A stretch of 7,740 nt of DNA from a virus (IMGVR_UViG_2671180405_000016); one strand, 5' to 3'. Shown: positions 1 through 7,420, numbered from the stretch's first letter. Numbers and translations: made by a program. Notes: generated by a model not told the origin, from the letters alone.

Positions 1-12
1 AGTGTAGCGGTA

Positions 13-1290
13 TTAAGCGCAGCTATTTAGTGAATTAAGTAAATTAGTCAGTGACCTTGTAAAGTCTGTTAAACCTTCCTGTGAACCATCGAACATTAAG
101 GCCAGATTATTATTCCATGAATTACTTAAGCGGCCTAACTGCGTCTGAGTAGAGTTAATAATCTTTTCCCATCCACCAGCTTTATCAATCATCCTTCCCA
201 TTTCAGCGGATACTTTAGGAAGAACATCTTTAGAAAGAATCTTACCGTCTTTCATGGCCTTGTCTAATTCTTCCGTAGTCATCCCAAGACTTCTGGCAAA
301 TAACTGAAAAGCACCTGCCATTCTGTCACCTAATTGACCGCGTAGCTCTTCAGCCTGAATCTTTCCTTTAGATGCCATCTGCTCGAAAGCTTTTAAAATC
401 CCGTTAATTTCATCGGTGCTTAGCCCCATTAATCTGGATGTACCAATCACATTAGAAAATAAGGATTCTTTCTGGTCTGCATTCATATCACCAGCACCAG
501 CGGAAAACTTAGCAAAACTGCTTAATGTTTCAATCTGGTCTACACCACTACTATCAGCAAGATTCTTAACAAATTCTGTAGCTCGTTTAGCACCTTCATC
601 ACCTAAAACGAATTGTGCCGCTCGTTGTGATGCTTCTTTTTTCAGACCAACCTCCATAATCCGCCTGTAAGCTTCTAAGGCTGTCTGAAAACTATAAATG
701 GCTGTACCTGCTTTGATTGCACTCGTAGCTAATACATCCAGACTATTTGAAGCATTTTCACTGTGATTATTTTTGCTGGTGGTCTTGTTAAACTTAGAAA
801 GTGTTTCACGAAGAGACTGATTTAACTTTGCTAACTCACGATTAAAAGTTTCGTTTCCAAGTGTCTTGGATTTACTGCTTAAGCTGTAATACTGGCTTTT
901 AAAATACTTCTCAAGCATAGGATTAAAGTCACGAAGCTTGCTCATATTCGCTGAGTAAGCTGCTGTGATTGCTCTGCTTCCGCTAATTCGTGGCTGTCTT
1001 GGTTGTCTAAGTGGCTTTAAAGTATCCTCAATTTCAGTTTTAATCTTAAACGCTCTAGTGTTTTTAAGACGCTGCTCAATCTTGGAAACAGTTTTATCGA
1101 CATTTCTTTCCATTAGTTTGAGAGAATCATTTAAAGGCGTAGGATTAACTCTAAACGACTTATTCAATCGCTTCTCAATTCGTGATGCTACCTGCATCGT
1201 TTGTTTCTCGGCTTTTTCCAAGCCTTTTAAAACTTTCTGAGAGTTAAAACTTAACTCAATCAGAAAATCATCAACTTTAAATTGTGCCAT
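13..1290 (-). CDS. phage tail tape-measure protein-like (lambda gpH-like), 425 aa, possibly C-terminally truncated
   Basis: Complete ORF with ATG at 1290-1288 and TAA at 15-13; upstream AGAGGTGA Shine-Dalgarno-like motif. The N-terminus (MAQFKVDDFLIELSF) has the pattern of the lambda H N-terminus (MAEPVGDLVVDLSL). The motif EELDKAMKDGKIL resembles lambda H EELNKALKDGKIL, and the C-terminal FDG...FTRSL resembles lambda H FDG...FTRSV. The protein ends where lambda H continues into its hydrophobic C-terminal region. Similarity is recalled from memory, not computed. Confidence 0.6.
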   Translation of the reverse strand: MAQFKVDDFLIELSFNSQKVLKGLEKAEKQTMQVASRIEKRLNKSFRVNPTPLNDSLKLMERNVDKTVSKIEQRLKNTRAFKIKTEIEDTLKPLRQPRQPRISGSRAITAAYSANMSKLRDFNPMLEKYFKSQYYSLSSKSKTLGNETFNRELAKLNQSLRETLSKFNKTTSKNNHSENASNSLDVLATSAIKAGTAIYSFQTALEAYRRIMEVGLKKEASQRAAQFVLGDEGAKRATEFVKNLADSSGVDQIETLSSFAKFSAGAGDMNADQKESLFSNVIGTSRLMGLSTDEINGILKAFEQMASKGKIQAEELRGQLGDRMAGAFQLFARSLGMTTEELDKAMKDGKILSKDVLPKVSAEMGRMIDKAGGWEKIINSTQTQLGRLSNSWNNNLALMFDGSQEGLTDFTRSLTNLLNSLNSCA

Positions 1291-1380
1291 TCATATTTTT
1301 CACCTCTTTAAGCGTGTTGTACGTAAATTCTATTTTTCAGTGTGGGTATTAGCTTTACAGATTTCACGTAGCACACATAC

Positions 1381-1425
1381 AAAAAAAGGGAGAGCTACCG
1401 ATGTCACTCGATAATCTCTCCCCGT
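1381..1425 (-). terminator. rho-independent terminator-like hairpin followed by a T-run on the minus strand
   Basis: GGGAGAG (1388-1394) pairs with CTCTCCC (1417-1423) around a 22-nt loop; on the minus strand the stem is followed by 7 T (plus-strand A-run 1381-1387). It lies between the 69-aa gene and the tape-measure-like gene. The loop is long, so strength is uncertain. Confidence 0.45.
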
Positions 1426-1446
1426 ATTTACCCAACCAATTCTTTT

Positions 1447-1656
1447 TTAATGTCGGACAAGATAATGTAATTCCGTTTCACCTATGATTTGAGCATCAGA
1501 AGGAATACGGTCAATACACCACTTTGGAATCTTGCGTGTTTTTGGTTTGTGTGAGGTGATAACTTGACGTTTGTTTTTAATTCTTAAGGCTGGCTTAGTT
1601 TGTAACTTTAAGTTTTCACAAACAGACCGAATAGTCTCTAAACGTTCTTCAAACAT
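1447..1656 (-). CDS. hypothetical small basic protein (69 aa)
   Basis: ATG at 1656-1654 preceded by TTAAAGAGGTGATTA (the same TTAAAGAGGTGA motif precedes the tape-measure-like gene); TAA stop at 1449-1447. The C-terminal half is rich in K/R. No recognisable family. Confidence 0.5.
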   Translation of the reverse strand: MFEERLETIRSVCENLKLQTKPALRIKNKRQVITSHKPKTRKIPKWCIDRIPSDAQIIGETELHYLVRH

Positions 1657-1678
1657 TAATCACCTCTTTAATTCATAA

Positions 1679-2389
1679 TCAAACAGCCTTGCTATACTTC
1701 TGAGAAATCTTCGTTAACTGCTCAATATCAGCCATCAAAGCAATCTTCTTCTGCGACTCATATTCACTAACAAGTTCTTTCATAGTATCAAGTTCTTTTT
1801 TAAGCTTTTGCTTTAACTTATCCAGTTTACCGGAATAATGCTTAGTCAAATTAGCTTCAGCTAACTGAAGAATCTCTTCATCTGTTTTATCAGTCATCAG
1901 AATAAATTGACCAGAACCCCTTAATGCTTGTCTGACATCAATTAACCGGAACCCTTCAGGGATACTTTGAAGAACTTTAGGAACGTCTTCAATCGCTGTA
2001 CCAAAACCATCATTAAAGTTTCCTTCATAATAGATAAACGGGTTTGACTTAATCTCGTAAGCAATATCATATTCTGAAGGTTTCGAGGTTTCTTCGAAGT
2101 TCTTAACAGCATCGTAAGCGACATCAAGTCTAAGACGCTGTGATTTTAAAGCTGGGTAATATTCACGCTCAAGCTCAAATAGTGCTTCAGTTTTGCAGAT
2201 ATCAGGCATTTCTTGAGGCTCAGGAGACACAAAGGAAATTACCTTTGGTGACATCTTTAGCTCTTGCTCAAGCTCAATGCGCTTGTCATGCTCTTGACGC
2301 TGAATAGTATGTAGCGGATGTTCACCCTGTGGTGACCAGTCTCCGAAGCTATCAACCTTTTTACCGTTAATATATAAATCGTTTGTCAT
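1679..2389 (-). CDS. hypothetical acidic protein (236 aa) with coiled-coil-like C-terminus
   Basis: ATG at 2389-2387 preceded by AGAGGAAATTATA; TGA stop at 1681-1679, 22 nt upstream of the next gene. No recognisable motif; its position upstream of the tape-measure-like gene could suggest a tail-module role, but this is not supported by sequence similarity. Confidence 0.65.
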   Translation of the reverse strand: MTNDLYINGKKVDSFGDWSPQGEHPLHTIQRQEHDKRIELEQELKMSPKVISFVSPEPQEMPDICKTEALFELEREYYPALKSQRLRLDVAYDAVKNFEETSKPSEYDIAYEIKSNPFIYYEGNFNDGFGTAIEDVPKVLQSIPEGFRLIDVRQALRGSGQFILMTDKTDEEILQLAEANLTKHYSGKLDKLKQKLKKELDTMKELVSEYESQKKIALMADIEQLTKISQKYSKAV

Positions 2390-2414
2390 TATAATTTCCT
2401 CTAAGTGTGGTTAT

Positions 2415-2490
2415 TTCTTAATAGAGCACCTTCAACGCCAATACACTTAGAAGATGACTTAACGATTTATTAAAGATGCTCTATTAAGAA
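2415..2490. repeat. 14-bp perfect inverted repeat (TTCTTAATAGAGCA / TGCTCTATTAAGAA) separated by 48 bp
   Basis: Arms at 2415-2428 and 2477-2490 are exact reverse complements; the element sits in the leader region upstream (on the minus strand) of the 236-aa gene and abuts a second hairpin. Confidence 0.5.
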
Positions 2491-2520
2491 AAGCCCTAAA
2501 CATAATCTGTGAAGGGCTTT
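2490..2520 (-). terminator. hairpin AAAGCCCT / AGGGCTTT, weak terminator-like
   Basis: 8-bp perfect stem (2490-2497 with 2513-2520) around a 15-nt loop; on the minus strand it is followed by TTCTTAAT. The loop is long. Confidence 0.3.
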
Positions 2521-2574
2521 GGAGGTTTGCTTATAACGTTAACGAAGTTTCAGGAAAACTTTCTTTAAAAGCTC

Positions 2575-2617
2575 TGTTTAAAAACTCTTAAAGAAAGCCC
2601 TAACTCATGATTAGGGC
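2575..2617 (-). terminator. rho-independent terminator-like hairpin on the minus strand
   Basis: Stem GCCCTAA (2597-2603) / TTAGGGC (2611-2617) with a 7-nt loop; on the minus strand it is followed by TTTCTTTAAGAGTTTTT. Positioned downstream of the 4718-to-2905 gene string. Confidence 0.4.
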
Positions 2618-2904
2618 AAAGCTGTAAAGGATTCAATAATGAATGAACAAAGACTTTTTGAGATAGCCTCTCAGACCAACCTGAAAGGCTAGGACGAAAA
2701 GCATTGCACCTTTCCAACTCAGAATATCCATCCATCGGATTATTGAAAGAAAAAATAAGAGAGAATTGCTCTCCCCCATATATACAATTATGTCATGCTC
2801 AAGGTTGTTTGTCAACAGCTTTTAACAGATTGGTAACATTTATACTTTAATAGATGCACCTGCAATCATACCAATCAATACAAAACAGATAATCACCAAT
2901 TCCA

Positions 2905-3228
2905 TTAATGCACCACCTTCGAATCCGTCACCAGAATATTATCGCTATACAAAATTGCTATAGCCGCCTTGAGATATTTTTCAGGGCTAACGCTGTATTT
3001 GTTCGTTTCTTCGATAATAAGACGCTTCATGTTTGAGTCGGTAACAGGAAACATAAAACGCGGTTCACCAGTTTCAATTTCCTGAATAAAGTCTTCAATT
3101 TCTTCTGAGTTTTCAGCCATTAGCTTTAGTAATTTATCAAGGTCAATTGATACACCGGAATCAGCGAAAGCCTGCACCATCATAGCAGTGTCGCTATCAA
3201 TGAAAATCTGTAATTCATATTCGTTCAT
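2905..3228 (-). CDS. hypothetical protein (107 aa from ATG at 3228; ORF track extends to a TTG at 3261)
   Basis: ATG at 3228-3226 preceded by AAGGAG with a 9-nt spacer; TAA stop at 2907-2905. The upstream TTG extension has no ribosome-binding site and would run into repeat copy 1. No recognisable family. Confidence 0.6.
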   Translation of the reverse strand: MNEYELQIFIDSDTAMMVQAFADSGVSIDLDKLLKLMAENSEEIEDFIQEIETGEPRFMFPVTDSNMKRLIIEETNKYSVSPEKYLKAAIAILYSDNILVTDSKVVH

Positions 3229-3248
3229 TTTTAAAATCTCCTTTTTAC

Positions 3249-3375
3249 CAGACCTCCTCAATCGCTCTGTAACGAGCTAAACAGTCTTTTTCAGGGGTAG
3301 CCTGTACAGTGGTATTACCCACCCTAAAATAAGATAGTTTTTTGCGTTAGAATGCGATTGAGAGCGTCTGATAAG
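3249..3375 (+). repeat. copy 1 of an inverted-repeat-bounded element of about 127 bp (conserved terminal blocks, variable centre)
   Basis: The 5' block CAGACCTCCTCAATCGCTCTGTAACGAGCTAAACAG and 3' block TTTTTTGCGTTAGAATGCGATTGAGAGCGTCTGATAAG are each about 85-90% identical to the corresponding blocks of the copy at 4901-5004. The terminal 16-mers (3250-3265 and 3354-3369) are imperfect reverse complements, giving about 15 bp of pairing with single bulges. Confidence 0.6.
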
Positions 3376-3406
3376 CTGTTTTTCTAATTTCTCTTAAAGT
3401 CTCGGA

Positions 3407-3607
3407 CTACCAATAACCTAATTCCGCTTTATTTCGTTCAAACCATTCCGCTGTAACTGCTGTCTTTAGTGTTACGTTTGGGCTGGTGGCATGAATGAAG
3501 ATATCTTTTGGATTGCAAGCATCACCGAAACCACCTTCTTTGATGAGCAGGTCTGATACATGCTTAATCATTTTATCTGTCAAATATTCGAATTTAATAC
3601 ATAACAT
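3407..3607 (-). CDS. hypothetical protein (66 aa from ATG at 3607; ORF track gives a TTG start at 3640)
   Basis: ATG at 3607-3605 overlaps the upstream gene's stop as TAATG and is preceded by GGAG with a 5-nt spacer; TAG stop at 3409-3407. No recognisable family. Confidence 0.5.
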   Translation of the reverse strand: MLCIKFEYLTDKMIKHVSDLLIKEGGFGDACNPKDIFIHATSPNVTLKTAVTAEWFERNKAELGYW

Positions 3608-3879
3608 TAAATCTCCAGGAGTAAATTGTTTGGGTGGCAATTTCTTTTATTACCATCCCTGAAGATAATCTTTTTAGTTGCCTGAACTTCATGATGCAAA
3701 AACCAGATGACATACTTCAGATAATAATCACGAGTGCCATAACGAATCATTGGATTACCGTAAGCATCATCTCTTGTCTTAACCTCTCCACCATCAATCC
3801 ATTCAAGCATTCCTGTCTCATAATTAATCATGAAGTAAGTTGCAAAGAACCGTTTAATATCATCTCGCCATTGCTTCAT
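3607..3879 (-). CDS. HNH-like (HNH_3-type) small protein, 90 aa, with a degenerate catalytic motif
   Basis: ATG at 3879-3877 preceded by AGGAGG with a 7-nt spacer; TAA at 3609-3607. The C-terminus YVIWFLHHEV...KKIIFRDGNKRNCHPNNLLL resembles the HNH_3 pattern (HRL.W.L.HG....IDHIDGN..NN..NLR), but the IDH position reads IFR, so the usual catalytic His appears absent. Assignment is by eye. Confidence 0.55.
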   Translation of the reverse strand: MKQWRDDIKRFFATYFMINYETGMLEWIDGGEVKTRDDAYGNPMIRYGTRDYYLKYVIWFLHHEVQATKKIIFRDGNKRNCHPNNLLLEI

Positions 3880-3881
3880 AA

Positions 3882-4160
3882 TCAGACCTCCTGAGACAGT
3901 TTGTGAATTTTGATACTTAGTAACCTTGCTAAATCCAGTCCAAAAGCATTTAAGGATTTCAGACTATCAAGGTCATCTTGCTTAATCCTGATATGGTGTC
4001 TTGCAGCCTCTAAGCGACTATTAAGCAAATCCTGTTCGTTAATATCACGGTTAATTGCAAGCTTCATCACTGCTGAGTGTGGCAGACCTGTAATGTTTTT
4101 GATTCGGTTCAGTTCATCAAAGGCTGTCTTTGTAACTCTGGTTAATGTGTGTTTATTCAT
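3882..4160 (-). CDS. hypothetical protein (92 aa), possibly a small DNA-binding regulator
   Basis: ATG at 4160-4158 preceded by GAGGA with an 8-nt spacer and directly abutting the upstream gene's TAA (4163-4161); TGA stop at 3884-3882, 2 nt before the next ATG. The segment TAFDELNRIKNITGLPHSAVMKLAINR is helix-turn-helix-like by eye only. Confidence 0.6.
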   Translation of the reverse strand: MNKHTLTRVTKTAFDELNRIKNITGLPHSAVMKLAINRDINEQDLLNSRLEAARHHIRIKQDDLDSLKSLNAFGLDLARLLSIKIHKLSQEV

Positions 4161-4718
4161 TTAAAAATCCTCTGTAACTAAATAGGGGTCAAACTCGAAA
4201 TCTGGTTGCTCGTTTTCCATTGGCTCAATATTCCCAACGGCAATATGATGTTCAACAATGCCAATTAATTTCGCGCACATCACAGCAAGCAAAGCGCAAT
4301 ATTTATCGCTTGGTAATTCGTAACTAAGTCTGGTTGCCTGTCGCTGAAGATGATTTGTCACGGTGGATGCGTTAATTTCGTCAAGATTCTTTAGCAGATA
4401 AAATAGTTTTTTGTTGTATTTCGGGTGGCCTTCACTTCTACAGAACCCAATAAAAACATCATCAAGCTTGCTTGGTAACTGCTCGTAACTGTCAAAGTTA
4501 GCCAGATAATTTTTAATAGTATTCTTTGTTGTTTTGCGTACTGGCATAAATCTGTCTCGTGGCGTAATGCTACGAATGACCGCTTCAATGTTCTTACGTT
4601 CGGATTTGCTAAAGGTTGGGACTTCGTAGCTGGTGGGGTTGTTTGTGTAAGCGTAGGAGTTGTGCTTGTTGCGTTCTCTTGATGCCTGAAGCATCGCTCT
4701 AAATTCTGAATACTGCAT
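4161..4718 (-). CDS. hypothetical protein (185 aa), first gene of the minus-strand operon
   Basis: ATG at 4718-4716 about 45 nt downstream of the predicted minus-strand promoter. A 5-codon upstream mini-ORF (ATG AGA GTC AGA ACA TGA) ends immediately before this ATG; the conventional Shine-Dalgarno sequence is weak. No recognisable family. Confidence 0.6.
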   Translation of the reverse strand: MQYSEFRAMLQASRERNKHNSYAYTNNPTSYEVPTFSKSERKNIEAVIRSITPRDRFMPVRKTTKNTIKNYLANFDSYEQLPSKLDDVFIGFCRSEGHPKYNKKLFYLLKNLDEINASTVTNHLQRQATRLSYELPSDKYCALLAVMCAKLIGIVEHHIAVGNIEPMENEQPDFEFDPYLVTEDF

Positions 4719-4769
4719 TCATGTTCTGACTCTCATAAGATGTTATTATTCTGTTAACCTATATATACA

Positions 4770-4798
4770 ATATTAGCATTTTCAAAGACTAATGTCAA
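4770..4798 (-). promoter_or_regulatory. sigma70-type promoter for the minus-strand operon
   Basis: On the minus strand: -35 TTGACA (plus 4793-4798), 17-bp spacer, -10 TAATAT (plus 4770-4775). Confidence 0.5.
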
Positions 4799-4804
4799 GT
4801 ATTT

Positions 4805-4834
4805 TTAACATTTTCGTAACATCTGTGGTATAAT
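4805..4834 (+). promoter_or_regulatory. sigma70-type promoter with extended -10, rightward
   Basis: -35 TTAACA (4805-4810), 18-bp spacer, TGg-TATAAT extended -10 (TG at 4826-4827, TATAAT at 4829-4834). It sits back-to-back with the leftward promoter, with 6 bp between the two -35 hexamers. Confidence 0.55.
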
Positions 4835-4856
4835 GGGTTTATGGGGAGAGTAAAAT

Positions 4857-5189
4857 ATGAGGCGTGGCTATGTATTTGGTCGCATATTTTGCATTGCACA
4901 CAGACCTCTTCAATCGCCCTGTAACGAGTTAAACGACCTCTTCAGGTCAACTCATAAGGTCAGGTACTTTTTGTGTCAGAATGCGATTGAGAGCGTCTTA
5001 CAAGGAAAACTAATGGTAAATCTCCCTCCTGAGCTGGGGTCACCTGATGTATGGACTGGTGGAGGTATTGGGCTGATTGCAGGCCTGCTACTTCGCTACG
5101 TCCTCGTCAGAGTGCTTGTTGTCTTTAAACTGTTCGGTCGTACATGGACGCTTGACCTTAAGGATAACGACCACACAGACCCCCGTTAA
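4857..5189 (+). CDS. hypothetical protein; the C-terminal 58 aa (alternative start ATG at 5013) form a small predicted single-pass membrane protein
   Basis: ATG at 4857 preceded by GGGGAGAG; TAA at 5187-5189. An in-frame ATG at 5013 has its own AAGGA ribosome-binding site (6-nt spacer) and gives MVNLPPELGSPDVWTGGGIGLIAGLLLRYVLVRVLVVFKLFGRTWTLDLKDNDHTDPR, with a hydrophobic stretch GGGIGLIAGLLLRYVLVRVLVVF. The 5' part of the long ORF overlaps repeat copy 2, so which start is used is unresolved. Confidence 0.4.
   Translation: MRRGYVFGRIFCIAHRPLQSPCNELNDLFRSTHKVRYFLCQNAIESVLQGKLMVNLPPELGSPDVWTGGGIGLIAGLLLRYVLVRVLVVFKLFGRTWTLDLKDNDHTDPR
4901..5004 (+). repeat. copy 2 of the inverted-repeat-bounded element (about 104 bp; shorter variable centre)
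   Basis: 5' block CAGACCTCTTCAATCGCCCTGTAACGAGTTAAACGACCTCTTCAGG and 3' block TTTTTGTGTCAGAATGCGATTGAGAGCGTCTTACAAG. The terminal 16-mers (4902-4917 and 4983-4998) pair as 4 + 4 + 7 bp with two single-nucleotide bulges. Same orientation as copy 1. Confidence 0.6.
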
Positions 5190-5201
5190 ACTCCTTCAAA
5201 A

Positions 5202-5242
5202 CCCCTGCACGAGATGACAGATAGAAGTCTATGGTACAGGGG
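5202..5242 (+). terminator. weak terminator-like hairpin downstream of the small membrane-protein ORF
   Basis: CCCCTG (5202-5207) pairs with CAGGGG (5237-5242) around a 29-nt loop, followed by TGTCTTTAGCATTTTGTG. The loop is too long for a strong call. Confidence 0.2.
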
Positions 5243-5324
5243 TGTCTTTAGCATTTTGTGCTATCTATTAAAAAATAGCTTGACAGAACCGGAAAGCTGT
5301 ATCTATCAAGCATTCACCTCTCTG

Positions 5325-5514
5325 ACAGTAATTTCTAAAAGTTCTTATTTTTCAATAAGTTGTAATTAGCCATATATAGAGAACTGACAAGTCTCTTCAC
5401 AGACAACTCTGCAACCTTAACAGTAACTTCTAAAAATGCTTATTTTTCAACGAGTTGTAATCACCCAATATATAAGGCTGTCCAGTACCTTCACAGATAA
5501 CTTCAAGCCCTCTT
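5325..5514 (+). repeat. tandem direct repeat, two copies of a 95-bp unit
   Basis: Unit 1 starts at 5325 (ACAGTAATTTCTAAAAGTTCTTATTTTTCAATAAGTTGTAAT...) and unit 2 at 5420 (ACAGTAACTTCTAAAAATGCTTATTTTTCAACGAGTTGTAAT...). The first 42 nt match at 37 positions, and homology continues through ...CTTCACAGA(C/T)AACT... to the unit end. Confidence 0.55.
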
Positions 5515-6243
5515 AACCGCCCCACTAATCGGGAGAAGAGCGATAACCCCAGAGAGGGAAGCTCCTTTCTTAACCGACCTCTTAAACGACCTTTACAGAC
5601 CTTGTTCAAGGTAATCACAATAGTTTTTCTTCCCTCGGTTTCCTGTGTTCCTCGGCTGGCTATTGAGATTTGAAAGACCTCTGTAAGCGCTCTCTTAGCG
5701 AGAGAAAAATCATTCATAGTGACCCCAAGCGAAGCGCCCCTCTAAAAAAAGATTTTTTAGCTATTTTGTTTAAAAGCATATCAAACGATACATTTTATTG
5801 ATTTAGGTCAAAGACAAAAGCATTGACAAAATGGTAAGATTGTTCACATGACCTTACTTATTTAAGAGACTTTGAAACAGCCTGTTTAACAGGTCACTAC
5901 CTCTGGTCTTATCGTTCCCTTCTTTCTAGGTGGTTATCTGTTAAGAGTTTTTCAGTTTTTATTCTTAAGATAATTGTTAAGATGATACTCTCCCTTCGGG
6001 TTATATCGTATCTCTTCTCCCGTTAAATATCCCTTCACAGTCAGACTAAATAACACCTGTGTAGTTCTTGGTAGAATCTTTCAAGGTAACTTAGCTCTGA
6101 GTTTATGAAGTTGACCTATGAGATAGACTCTACCGAATCTGTTAGTCAATTGTTGCTTAGGTGCTGCTAAGTGAAGTGGCACACTGAATTTGGCCACCTG
6201 AACAGAGGTGATATGCTCACCTCAGAACAACACAGGTGCTCCA

Positions 6244-7412
<1,169 letters not shown>

Positions 7413-7420
7413 CCACTTCA

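Noticed and set aside
416-670. Plus-strand ORF of 84 aa (and a similar 91-aa ORF at 965-1240)
   Set aside because: Both lie entirely antisense within the well-supported tape-measure-like gene, have no ribosome-binding site, and are low-complexity; most likely chance ORFs.
1942-2127. Minus-strand ORF of 61 aa
   Set aside because: Alternative frame nested inside the 236-aa gene; no independent start signals.
2633-2815. Minus-strand ORF of 60 aa in the 2620-2900 gap (hydrophobic peptide)
   Set aside because: TTG start, no Shine-Dalgarno sequence before either the TTG or the internal ATG at 2779, and it lies downstream of the operon with no promoter evident. Kept only as a remote possibility of a small hydrophobic peptide.
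3634-4164. Plus-strand ORFs of 86 and 84 aa (3634-3894 and 3910-4164)
   Set aside because: Antisense to tightly coupled minus-strand genes that have good ribosome-binding sites; the translations are low-complexity.
4391-4588. Minus-strand ORF of 65 aa
   Set aside because: Alternative frame inside the 185-aa gene.
3249-5004. Retron msr-msd ncRNA or type III toxin-antitoxin RNA repeats as the identity of the repeat elements
   Set aside because: No reverse transcriptase gene follows either copy, and the elements are not short tandem repeats immediately upstream of a toxin gene; the structure fits neither model.
5325-5514. CRISPR array
   Set aside because: The repeat unit is 95 bp with only two copies and no short-repeat/unique-spacer alternation; not CRISPR-like.
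5430-5717. Minus-strand ORF of 95 aa, arginine-rich
   Set aside because: It overlaps the tandem and degenerate repeats, so its repetitive GRLRG peptide pattern is explained by the DNA repeats; it has no ribosome-binding site.
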